The notes under the pieces: generated by a model
Told to the model about the DNA's origin: nothing
Database searches by the model: none
The model's input: the letters and a program-made list of their open reading frames with translations, nothing else
Shown: positions 12,653 to 24,400 of the stretch, in pieces
How positions within the stretch are numbered: the first letter of the stretch is position 1
Layout of the letters: the number at the start of each line of letters is the position of its first letter
Origin: Octopus sinensis
Lineage: Eukaryota
Direction of reading: 5' to 3'
DNA: 64,000 nucleotides
Assembly (NCBI RefSeq): GCF_006345805.1
Contig: NC_043019.1
Location: 4,587,360 to 4,651,359, forward strand
Made by a program: the position numbers and the translations under genes

Positions 12653-13064
12653 TCTGCCGCTAGAATATTAAACTGAAAACTGTACTCGAATTATACATTA
12701 TTTTATCTACTTTGGAAAGTTAAAAATCAGAATTGGCCCCAGCAAGATTCGAACTCTGAATGAAGAGGGCCGTAACTGAATACGAAACGGTCCAGTTTTC
12801 ATTCTAAGCTGTCTACAAGACTTTAAGCAAGCCGTGATTTACGTACGTATATTTACCATTCCCTTTTCTTAAACAATTAATCTTTTATGAATGCTGTTTT
12901 GGACTAATTGTTGACGATGGAGAACATCAGTTTCCTCAAATTTCAGGCAAAAAGATAACATAAATAAATAAATGAATAAATAAATAAATGAATAAAAAAA
13001 TGAATAAATAAATAAATGAATTAATAAATAAATGAATTAATAAATAATGAATAAATAAATGAAA

Positions 13065-13442
13065 TCTTTATATATAAAAGTGAGGTTGTGTGAGTGTCTG
13101 TCTCCTACGATTTAGATTCCTAACTACTCCCACATTTAACCAAATTCGGGTATCTTATAGTCGTGATTCATATCGAGCCCTTCTGGGTATTAGCGTGCGT
13201 CTACGATGAGTCTACGATTTAAAAAAAAATTTACCATCATTTTTTTCCATTTTAATGCATTTTTCGCTATTATATAAGGAAAGTAACTCTCTAAAAATGT
13301 CTACGATGAGTCAACGATTTAAAAAAAAATTTACCTTAATTTTTTTTCCATTTTTTCGCTAATTTTTTGGCTATAACTCTCAGAAAATGCTTATATAGTT
13401 ATTTCCCTTACAAACCCGAGCAACGCCGGGCGATACTGCTAG
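13065..13442 (+). mobile_element. Non-autonomous Helitron-like element
   Basis: A|TCTTTATATATAAAAG start and CCCGAGCAACGCCGGGCGATACTGCTAG|T end. Same family as 60377-61041. Confidence 0.7.
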
Positions 13443-13486
13443 TATTTTATAATTAAAAAACAAATTATAAGGGTGGCTTTTCTATC

Positions 13487-15909
13487 TAGAGTGCTGCGAA
13501 GGTGCCATCACGGCTCGAGAGACAAATCGCCGGGTTTGGATGGTCTGCCCTACGAGTTTTACAATTGTATGCTAGACTTGTTTGGAGACGTCTTGGCAGT
13601 GGTATACTGCAACTGGCAGTAAAACGGGAGCATACCCGGTTTTGTGAGTCGAGGAGCTGTAACACTGCTGAAGAAAGATCCAAACAAGGGGAACATTATA
13701 GATAACTTTACACCAATCACTCTGCTCAATGCAGACCTGAAAATTTGACAAAGGTTTTAGCCAAGAGGTTGGCGCTTGTCATCGAGAAACTGGTCGACAA
13801 CTCACAAACGTGCGCCGTGCCGGGCCGGAGCATCCATGACAACCTCCATCTGATGCGCTACATCATAGACAGGGTAGTTAACGAACCTGGCATGGGTGGG
13901 GCCCTGATCAACTTGGATCAATCGAAAGCCTTCGATAGGGTAGACCATCGATACTTGGAGGCAGTCCTGAGAGCGGCTGGTTTCGGTCCCGTCTTCCGCG
14001 GCTGGATAGCTGCCTTGTACAGAGGCATCCGTTCGGTAATTCGCGTAAATGGACATCTATCGAGACCTTTCGACATTGCACGTTCGGTCCGTCAGGGATG
14101 CCCCCTCTCGGCGCTTCTATACGTATTGACTCTTGAGCCACTACTGCGGAAGCTGGCGACTCTGAGGGGCATCCCGCGAGAATTGGGATGCGGGACGAGC
14201 GTGTCTGCATACACGGACGACGTCACCGTCATAGTGTCAAGCCACGAGTACATCGAGCGGGTCGGCGAGACACCGAAAGACTACGAAGCGGTGACAGGAG
14301 CAAAAATCAACCGGGAAAAGTCAGTGGGCTTGCGGCTCGGCACCTGGAGAAGCAAGCCCATGCCGTCCAGCAGTACCTCCGTCGTGGGACGCTGGACAGA
14401 CGGCCCGGTTGAGTTGCTCGGGGTCTGGTTCGGTCCGGACCTCCAAATGGAGAAGAACTGGAACGAGATAACGAGTAGGGTGGTCACTTTCGCCCAGCAA
14501 TGGGCCGAGAGGAAACTGTCCCTAAAAGGTCGGGCGGAGGTGGCGAACACGTACATAGCGTCCATCATCTACTACCGCCTGACCGTCGTACCTTGTCCCG
14601 ACCCTACCATAACCAAACTAGAACGCATTCTCTTCCGCTTCTTGTGGAAAGGATGCGTCCCGATGGTCAGGCGATCCATTTGCTGTCAACACCCGTTAAA
14701 AGGAGGGCTGGGCATGCCGTGGTTGATGATGCGCAGACACGCGCTGAGACTGCGACATCTCCGGCTCTATGTAGACGACGGTGAACAGGTGTGGTCGCCG
14801 TTTGTAAGGCACGCATTCCCGCAACTCGTCTCCATGACCGAACTGCAGTCATGGATCAAAAACAGGCCGAGGAAGGGCGAATGGCACCGCGAGTGTCGCG
14901 TTGCTCACAAGCAACTCTGCCGTCCCGGGTCGACCTTGAGTGACTTCAACACAACCAAAGCATTCTATAGGGGTTTAGTGGAGGGGAGGTACGACGCCGA
15001 GCTCGGGGCGAACCTGGACGTCGACGAGGAGTACCTGACCCGCCTGTTCAGGACGACTTTCGGGCCAGGGCCCATGGACAACTTCCAGAGATCCCTGGCC
15101 TGGCAGTGCTACCGAGAAGCGCTACCCGTTCGGGATAAGCTCTATAGGCATGGCTCGAGAAACACGGGGCCGACCTGCCCGAGATGCGGTCAGAGCGACG
15201 AAACCGCTCTGCACGCAATCGTGCAGTGTCCAGCAATTTCCGACCTGTGGACTTATGTCGAACGACTGCTGTCACGTGTGGGTCGTGTCGGTTTATCAGC
15301 CGAGTCTATCGTTAATATCGTCACGCCTCATTCCTTCAAACGGGAAGGAAGAGCTATTTTTATCATACTTGTGGCTATGGCGAAAGAATGTATCTGGTGG
15401 ACGCGCCTGAAAGGATTAGAGACAAACACTTTCCTCTCTGGTCAATCTTTCATCAACTTCTTCAAGTATCACTTGAAGAAGAAAGTGAGAGTAGAGAGGC
15501 AAGTTTTGTCTAGTGAATGTTTTAAAAAAAGATGGGTGAATGTAGCAAGGATGGCACCTATGAATGACGAAGCCACCTTGACTATGATTCTATGAACCGT
15601 AAAAATTAATACAGAGAGTTGCTTATTTGCAAAAAAAAAAAAAAGAAGAAACATAACATGTGACTTCATTGACCGAGGTTACCGTGGTCTTTTCTTTCCC
15701 CGGGTAAACCTCACCTGTCCTCCCCTTTACAATTCATATTGACATTTTTGTGATTACGATCCCTATTGATCAACTTTTCCCCCCCCCTTTTTTGTCCTCT
15801 TTCTTTCCTTTTACGATCCCTTTTGATCGAAAACCAACCCCCTTTTTTTTACCCCCAAAAGAAAAGCCCTACCTTGCAATTTGTTCTGTCTGTGTGGCTA
15901 ATAAAGAAA
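13487..15909 (+). mobile_element. 5'-truncated Tx1/L1-group non-LTR retrotransposon (ORF2 RT plus C-terminal CCHC)
   Basis: KSPGLDGLPYEFY...PITLLNADLKI upstream, with in-frame TAA at 13620-13622 and a frameshift at about 13744. ORF 13745-15595 has LDQSKAFDRV, SVRQGCPLS, YTDD (14210-14221) and CPRCGQSDETALHAIVQC. The 3' UTR ends AATAAAGAAA at about 15909. No endonuclease domain is present, so this copy is likely inactive. Confidence 0.9.
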
Positions 15910-16103
15910 CATATCTTGCAGAAAATAACTGTTGCTTTGCAATTTATACTTACTATGACAGACCGGAGTGATTAGAAATAGCAGTCAAAACCAGAAGCCT
16001 TGTATTAAAAACGGAAGACGAAAAGCTTAACGGCAGCGGACATCATAGAATGCAGGTCTGATCCTTTGCTGGAAGGTGGTAGAAGGGATGTCAGGATATT
16101 AAG

Positions 16104-16112
16104 TCTGTTTTT
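16104..16112 (-). terminator. Candidate snRNA 3' box
   Basis: AAAAACAGA matches the AAARNNAGA half of the vertebrate 3'-box consensus about 26 nt downstream of U2. The GTTT half is not matched. Confidence 0.35.
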
Positions 16113-16137
16113 AATTTGTTTATATCTCCCGGGTGGG

Positions 16138-16328
16138 AGATGGGCTGAATCCTGGAAGTACTGCTATACCAGGCCAACCCGTGGCAAAGGCGGAGCAAGC
16201 CCCTAACTCTTCGCCTCGTTCTAAAAATCAGTTTAATATCGATGGTCCCAAATAGAGACCGTATCAGATATTAAGCTGATAAGAACAGATACTACACTTT
16301 GATCTTAGCCAAAAGGCCGAGAAGCGAT
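16138..16328 (-). ncRNA. U2: U2 spliceosomal snRNA, full length (about 191 nt)
   Basis: Reverse complement reads ATCGCTTCTCGGCCTTTTGGCTAAGATCAAAGTGTAGTATCTGTTCTTATCAGCTTAATATCTGATAC..., with branch-recognition GTAGTA, Sm site GATTTTTAG and stem IV CCTGGTATAGCAGTACTTCCAGG. The exact 3' end is uncertain by a few nt. Confidence 0.95.
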
Positions 16329-16365
16329 AATTTTTTACCCTAGCTTAAAACTATTATACCTATTT

Positions 16366-16381
16366 CTATTTAGTACAGTGA
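16366..16381 (-). promoter_or_regulatory. Candidate proximal sequence element of the U2 gene
   Basis: TCACTGTACTAAATAG at -53..-38 loosely resembles the vertebrate PSE consensus. The molluscan consensus is not known to me. Confidence 0.3.
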
Positions 16382-17255
16382 CTGATTTATACTTACCACT
16401 TACATAGCTGTATTTAATTAGTTCTTCCATATTTTGTAATATCTTTTATTTTATTTCGTAGTAGTTGTTTTATTTAATCATTTCAATCTGAGAATTTTAA
16501 TATTTCTATTTTTTTAAAAATGATATTATCCTAAACGTAATCTGTAATTGTGTTGATTTGAGAATAAACGTGAATGAAAATTACGGGATATTTTCGGTTT
16601 GAACGGCAGTTTTTTCTAGCGGTGTCATATGAAATTGTCACCCATAATTATGACCCTGGTATCGATCTATTGCATTTCAATCTACTTTAGGGTTAGGGTG
16701 CACCTGAGCACTGTATACAATAATTTCATTATTATTATTATATTATCTTTTTTTCTTCAGAAATGTAAATAAACCCAGTCTGTTTTCTTAAACGAGGGAC
16801 ATATTCATACGGCACAGAATGTTGTTTACCTCAATAGACGTCAGTGATTGGTTGAAATTGCAGAAAAAAAAAACCCAACAAATATCTTACAAACCCGAGC
16901 AACGCCGGGCGATACTGCTAGTAATAAATAAATGAAATAACACAAATGAATAAAAAAAAGCCTCGCCGAAACCTGGGAATTTTTTTTAATGGCGGTGCCC
17001 CAGCATGGCCACAGCTCAAGCGCTGAAACTGGAAAACATAAAACATAAATAAATAAATTAATGAATAAATAAATAAACGAAATAGGCGCAGGAGTGGCTG
17101 TGTGGTAAGTAGATTGCTAACCAACCACATGGTTCCGGGTTCAGTCCCACTGCGTGGCATCTTAGGCAAGTGTCTTCTGCTATAGCCCCAGGCCGACCAA
17201 TGCCTTGTGAGTGGATTTGGTAGACGGAAACTGAAAGAAGCCTGTCGTATATATG

Positions 17256-17286
<31 letters not shown>

Positions 17287-17425
17287 TTGTCCCCCCAGCA
17301 TTGCCTGACAACCGATGCTGGTGTGTTTACGTCCCCGTCACTTAGCGGTTCGGCAAAAGGAGACCGATAGAATAAGTACTGGGCTTACAAAAGAATAAGT
17401 TCCGGGGTCGATTTGCTCGACTAAA

Positions 17426-18476
17426 GGCGGTGCTCCAGCATGGCCGCAGTCAAATGACTGAAACAAGTAAAAGAGTAAAAGAGTAAAGAGAGGCGGTGCT
17501 CCAGCATGGCCGCAGTCAAATGACTGAAACAAGTAAACGAGTAAAAGAGTAAAGAGAGGCGGTGCTCCAGCATGGCCGCAGTCAAATGACTGAAACAAGT
17601 AAAAGAGTAAAGAGTAAAGAGAGGCGGTGCTCCAGCATGGCCGCAGTCAAATGACTGAAACAAGTAAAAGAGTAAAAGAGTAAAGAGAGGCGGTGCTCCA
17701 GCATGGCCGCAGTCAAATGACTGAAACAAGTAAAAGAGTAAAGAGTAAAGAGAGGCGGTGCTCCAGCATGGCCGCAGTCAAATGACTGAAACACAGTAAA
17801 AGAGTAAAAGATAAAGAGAGGCGGTGCTCCAGCATGGCCGCAGTCAAATGACTGAAACAAGTAAAAGAGTAAAGAGTAAGAGAGGCGGTGCTCCAGCATG
17901 GCCGCAGTCAATGACTGAAACAGTAAAAAGAGTAAAAGAGTAAAGAGAGGCGGTGCTCCCATGGCCGCAGTCAAATGACTGAAACAAGTAAACGAGTAAA
18001 AGAGTAAAGAGAGGCGGTGCTCCAGCATGCCGCAGTCAAATGACTGAAACAAGTAAAAGAGTAAAAGAGTAAAGAGAGGCGGTGCTCCAGCATGGCCGCA
18101 TTCAAATGACTGAAAACATAAACGAGTAAAATGAGTAAAGAGAGGCGGTGCTCCAGCATGGCCGCAGTCAATGACTGAAACAAGTAAAACACTTAAAAAG
18201 AGTAAAAGATAAAGAGAGGCGGTGCTCCAGCATGGCCGCAGTCAAATGACGAAACAAGTAAAAGAGTAAAGAGTAAAGAGAGGCGGTGCTCCAGCATGCC
18301 GCAGTCAAATGACTGAACCAGTAAAGAGTAAAGAGTAAAGAGAGGCGGTGGCTCCAGCATGGCCGCAGTCAAATGACTGAAACAAGTAAAAGAGTAAAGA
18401 GTAAAGAGAGGCGGTGCTCCAGCATGGCCGCAGTCAAATGACTGAAACAAGTAAAAGAGTAAAAGAGTAAAGAGAG
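17426..18476 (+). repeat. Minisatellite of about 65-bp SINE1 3'-tail units (16 copies)
   Basis: Unit GGCGGTGCTCCAGCATGGCCGCAGTCAAATGACTGAAACAAGTAAAAGAGTAAAAGAGTAAAGAGA extends directly from the SINE1 copy at 17084 and ends about 100 bp before the ADRM1 ATG. Confidence 0.9.
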
Positions 18477-18575
18477 AAATCCTAAATAAAAGAACGACTG
18501 AGGCTGGAGTTATCTCCCTTGGCCGTTTCCTCCGCCAAAGAAGATTTCCTCGTCAAAGTCTGCAAACTCATCAAG

Positions 18576-18776
18576 ATGGCGACTGGACCGTTGTTCGGAA
18601 GTTCTGGAGGACGATCGCAGAATAAGAATTTAGTGGAATTTCGGGCCGGCCGGATGACGCTAAAGGACAAAATGGTCTATCCGGACAAGAGGAAAGGTCT
18701 GATATACATTTATCAGTCGGACGATTCGCTCATGCATTTCTGTTGGAAGGATCGGAGTTTAGGCCAAGTCGAAGAC
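18576..18776 (+). CDS. ADRM1: Proteasomal ubiquitin receptor Rpn13/ADRM1, coding exon 1 (Pru domain start)
   Basis: [67 protein letters not shown]|GTAAGT, phase 0. Recognisably homologous to human LVEFRAGKM...PDKRKG...HFCWKDR. Confidence 0.95.
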
Positions 18777-19074
18777 GTAAGTGCAGACAAGAAGAAGAAG
18801 AAGAACCATCATCGGTGGAAGATATCGATTTCTTCTTTCTTATTTTATTATGGGGGGGGGGGTTTCTCATTTTATTTTGATGTATTTAATTATATATATA
18901 TGTATGTATATATATGTGTGTGTATGATTACGATAGCCCCCAGTGTGCTGATATTGTGCCACAGAATCACATGAGGGGTTCTCCTGTAGTGTTTCTAACA
19001 TAACATCCAATTTTAAGTGATGATAATTATTACCTTTTGCTATTAATACTGTTTCTCTCGACATACATACATAC

Positions 19075-19360
19075 TACATATCTATCTATATATATGTATA
19101 TATGATATATATATATATATGTATATATATATCCATCTATAGATATGTATATATTATCCATCTATAGATATGTATTATATATCCATCTATATATATGTAT
19201 ATATATATATATATCCATCTATATATATGTATATATATATATCCATCTATATATATGGTATATATATCTATATATGTATATATATATCTATATATCTCTC
19301 TATATATCCATCTATATATATGTATATATATATATCTATATATCTCTCTCTATATATATC

Positions 19361-19401
<41 letters not shown>

Positions 19402-19906
19402 CTATCTATCTCTCTCTATATATATCTATATATCTCTCCTATATATATCTATATATATGTATATATATATATCTGTATATCTCTCTCTATATATATCTAT
19501 ATGTATATATATATATATATCTATATATCTCTCTCTATATATATCTATATGTATATATATATATATCTATATATCTCTCTATATATATCTATATGTATAT
19601 ATATCTATATATATATCTATATGTATATATATCTATATATATCTATATGTATATATATCTATATATATCTATCTCTATATGTATATATATATCTATATAT
19701 ATCTCTCTATATGTATATATATATCTATATATATCTCTCTATATGTATATATAGCTATCTATATAGCTCTATGTAAATTAATGCTTGAGAACAATTCTTT
19801 AGTGGTGGATTCCCTTTGCGGATCTATTTCTAGCGTTAGAGTGACCACATGTGGTCTCTGTCTTATTACTTGTATATATCTCTATGTATATATAGCTATC
19901 TATATA

Positions 19907-19990
<84 letters not shown>

Positions 19991-19995
19991 TACAT
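19075..19995. repeat. Compound (TA)n/(TATC)n/(TC)n microsatellite
   Basis: About 900 bp of near-pure TA, TATC and TC repeats. Confidence 0.95.
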
Positions 19996-20564
19996 ACATA
20001 TAACTAATTCATTGTTAAATATGTACGTAAATTATGATGGAGAGGACCGCATAAAGACTGTCAGTCACCCAATTAACAAATAAATCATCGTTTTTACTTG
20101 CATATCTGTTCAAGTTTAATTAAACCCGAATCAATTTTGTGATATATTTTATTGTCATAAAACAACAAACCTTAGAATTTTTGTAGACCTTCGTAGATTT
20201 CATATACGTGTTGTATAAAAAAAATACTCTGAGCTTAATGAGGGAGCTTGTAATTAATAAGACTAATAATTACATTTAGTAACCGTTTTAAGGTAAATTT
20301 TTATCAGGAAACTAAAAAAAGGGTTCGGAAATTTTGTAGACATTGAAGGGGTCTACCGTGTTTCTGTGATCTCTTCCGTTTTGTACAGCTGGTTATTGTT
20401 TACATAGATATTCCACAACTGGTTTCGAAATACTTGAAATTAAATTAGAGATTTTTGGCACTGGTTAATTAGCTATTGTTCTGAAATATACCTCTCTACC
20501 TAAGGCACAAGGTTAAGGTTTATATGCTATGGTTCAGTTCATATGCTATAAAGAAAAGGTGGTT

Positions 20565-20821
20565 ATGTACGTATGTATGTATATGTATGTATATGTGTAT
20601 ATATGTATGTATATGTATGTATATGTATATATATGTATGTATGTATGTATATATATGTATATATATGTATGTATGTATATATATGTATGTATGTATATAT
20701 ATGTATGTATGCATATATATGTATGTATGTATATATATGTATGTATGTATATATATGTATGTATGTGTATGTATGTATATATATGTATGTATGTATATAT
20801 ATGTATGTATGTATATATATG

Positions 20822-20874
<53 letters not shown>

Positions 20875-21035
20875 ATATATGTATGTATATATATATATAT
20901 ATATATGTGTGTGTATATATGTATGTATATATATATATGTATGTATATATATGTGTATGTATATATATATGTGTATGTATATATATATGTGTGTGTGTAT
21001 ATATATATATAATATATATATACACACATATATAT
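20565..21035. repeat. (TATG)n/(TA)n microsatellite
   Basis: Simple repeat tract. Confidence 0.95.
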
Positions 21036-21374
21036 ATAACTCCAAGAAAGTTAGGGGTTATGAATCCAACCCACTAAGGGATAATATCTACCCAATATAG
21101 AATACTCAATTATTAATACACAAGTGATTTTTTATTGCATGCAATTACATTACCGAGTGTACTAAATGGGTGAAGGTAAAGATATATTTTACCATTAATT
21201 TATAGAGCAATAAGAAAATGGAGGGGATCAATAAGTGATATTCATCAACTTTTAGACATTATATTATGTCAATTTATTTATTTATTTACTAAAAGGACAA
21301 TTACAAGAATATACATACAGGTATAACATGCTTTACGTATTAAAATATATTAATATATAAAGCTACCAACGCAC

Positions 21375-21419
<45 letters not shown>

Positions 21420-24400
21420 CTTTACTACCCACAAGGGGCTAAACACAGAGGGGACAAACGGATTAAGTCGATTACATCGACCCCGGTGCGTAACTGGTAC
21501 TTAATTTATGGACCCCGAAAGGATGAAAGGCAAAGTCGACCTCGGCGGAATTTGAACTCAGAACGTAACGGCAGACGAAATACGGTTTCGCATTTCACCC
21601 GGCGTGCTAACGTTTCTGCCAGCTCGCCGCCTTAATATATATATATATATATACAAGAGCCAAGGAGTGGAATATATATATCAAGGGTTCAATTCGCAGT
21701 CGTTTGTCACCTGTCGATATAAATATGTTTCAGAGAGAGAAAGGAACAGGAGTTCACTCAGATCCGTTTTCGTTTCTGAATCTCGAAACCTTGGCTCTGA
21801 TTCAAGGAATTCGCTGCTACTGCGTAAACGTTTTCTTCGTCGTAGCAAAGAATCGAATCCAGATATTTTGTATCGTAGAAGAAACGAATAAGCGGGTTTA
21901 TCAATTAGTATTTATTATGGTGAATAATCAAGAACATTAATTAGTACGTCGGATAAATTTGCCTTGCGATATTTAGTTTGTGGTCTTTTTACGTACTGAG
22001 TTCAAATCCTCCGAGGTAGACTTCGTCTTTCGTTCGTTTCCCCCCGGAGTCGATAAAATGAAGTACTAATGAATTACTGAGATCGTTTATTTATAATTAA
22101 TTTACCCTTTCTCTTCAGAATTCTTGGCCTTCTGCTTATGCTAGAAATTATTTAAACCCTTTGTTATTCACAGAATCAGTAGAGCAGTAGGTAAAATGCT
22201 TTGTCGCATTTTGTAACACTTCTTTGCTTTCTGAGTTCAAATCCCACCCAGGATCAGTAAAACGAAAACTAGTCATGTGTTGAAGTGAGCTCGAACAAAC
22301 CACCTCCAAATATTTGGACTTGTGCTTATTTTAATAACGAAGAAATTATTTTTTAACATCGTTGTAACCCATTTTTAACCGTTTCATGTTACAATGTTTG
22401 AACGATGTTTGTAATAACTGTGGCATACCTACAACATGTGTCTGCCCATCCGCCGACTTTGTTTCCATATAATTTTCAGAAAAATACTAAATTTTTTTGT
22501 TTTGTTATGAAATTCTCAACGAATACAGTTCAGATACGGGTGGGGGTGGGTAGATTCCGATTATATCTGAATTTGTTGTAAAAACAAATTTTCTGTCAGT
22601 GGTGAGAGGAGTTTTGGGATCTTTTCGGTTTGACCGGCAGTTTTTAAAAATAAATTCCACGTAACTAAACACTTTTAAACTTCGTATACTGGTAGAATGT
22701 GTTTATAAAACATCTTTTTCTCTTGGCTTTATTGAGAAAATTCTATGGTTTGTAAGATATTTGTTGTTTTTTTTTTCTTCAATTTCTGCAAGTTCAACCA
22801 ATCAATGACGTCTATTGAGATGAAAACATTCTGTGCCGTATGAATATGTCCCTCGTTTAAGAAACAGATTGGGTTTATTTACATTTCTGATAAAAAAAAA
22901 AAGATACCCTTCCCCCACCCCTAACCCTAAAACAGATTGAAATGCAATAGATCGATACTAGGGTCATAATTATGGGTGACAATTTCACGTGACACCGCTA
23001 GAAAAAACTGCCGGTCAAACCGAAAAGATACGTCAACTTTGTTTCTTCATAACTTTCAGAAAAATTTGGTATTTTTTTTTTAGTGAAATTTTCCACAAAT
23101 ACCTTTCCGGGTGTGTAGATTGTGATTATATTGGAATTTAAGATGCAGAACAAAATTGGTGGATTTGTTCATGCATACTGACACACATCACATATATCTA
23201 CAAAATAAAGGTTGAAATTTCAGAAAAGATTGTGAAGTGTATACTCTTTTACTCTTTTACTTGTTTCAGTCATTTGACTGCGGCCATGCTGGAGCACCAC
23301 CTTTAGTCGAGCAAATGGACCCTGGGACTTATTCTTTGTAAGTCCAGTACTTATTCTATCGGTCTCTTTTGCCGAACCGCTAAGTGACGGGGACGTAAAC
23401 ACACCAGCATCGGTTGTCAAGCAATGCTAGGGGGACAGACACACAAACACATACATATATATATATATATATACACATATATACGACAGGCTTCTTTCAG
23501 TTTCTGTCTATCAAATCCACTCACAAGGCATTGGTCGGCCCGGGGCTATAGCAGAAGACACTTGCCCAAGATGCCACGCAGTGGGACTGAACCCGGATCC
23601 ATGTGGTTGGTTAGCAAACTACTTACCACACAGCCACTCCTGCGTATCAGTATGTATGTGTGTATTTTCACCATTGGATTTTTTTTTTTTTTTTTTGTCA
23701 TATTATAATCTGATATAATCTTAATCTTCACACTCTGAAAAGTATTTCATAAAAAAAAAGTACCTATTTTTCTGAAAGTTATATGGAAACAAAATTGACT
23801 CTCTCTTTACTGGTTTCAGTCATTTGACTGCGGCCATGCTGGAGCACCGCCTTTAGTCGAGCAAATCGCCCCCAGGACTTATTCATTGTAAGCCTAGTAC
23901 TTATTCTATCGGGCTCCTGTTACCGAACTGCTAAGTTACGGGGACGTAAACACGTCAGCATCGGTTGTCAAGCGATGTTGGGGGGACAAACATACACACA
24001 CATACATATATATATATATACACACACACACACATATATACGACGGGTATCTTTCAGTTTCCGTCTACCAAATCCACTCACAAGGCTTTGGTTGGCCTGA
24101 GGCTATAATAGAAGGCACTTGCCAAGGTGTCACGCAATGGGACTGAACCCGCAACCATGTGGCGTGTAAGCAAGCAACTTACAACAAAGCCACTCCTACG
24201 CCTATTGCTGTGAATTTTCTGAAACTTCTCTCCCCACTCACGGAATTGTTTGTTTTTTTTAACCACAAATTCCAGTATAATTGGAATCTATATCATCTGA
24301 AGCATATTTGTAGAAAATTTCATTGAAAGATATCAATTTTCTTGGAAGTTATGAGGAAACAAAGTTAGGTGGATGTACACGCGTAGGTATGCCATAATTA

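Noticed and set aside
16138-16328. Keno/Utopia-type insertion inside U2, or 3' transduction of U2 by the LINE
   Set aside because: U2 is uninterrupted and antisense to the LINE. There is no poly(A) tail after it and no TSD enclosing both.
17426-18476. CRISPR-like appearance of regular arrays (also 28722-29227 and 62671-63096)
   Set aside because: No unique spacers, no cas genes, and a spliced eukaryotic context. These are tandem repeats.
18519-18575. N-terminal extension of ADRM1 from the ORF-track start
   Set aside because: The start is non-ATG. The ATG at 18576 (AAGATGG context) matches the homologous N-terminus.
19145-21100. Long ORFs of 150-312 aa rich in Y/I/M/C/H/T
   Set aside because: Translations of TA, TATC and TATG microsatellites inside ADRM1 intron 1.
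21657-21900. CpG-rich segment with a short inverted repeat, checked for a hammerhead
   Set aside because: No CUGANGA/GUGANCA plus stem II plus GAAA arrangement on either strand.
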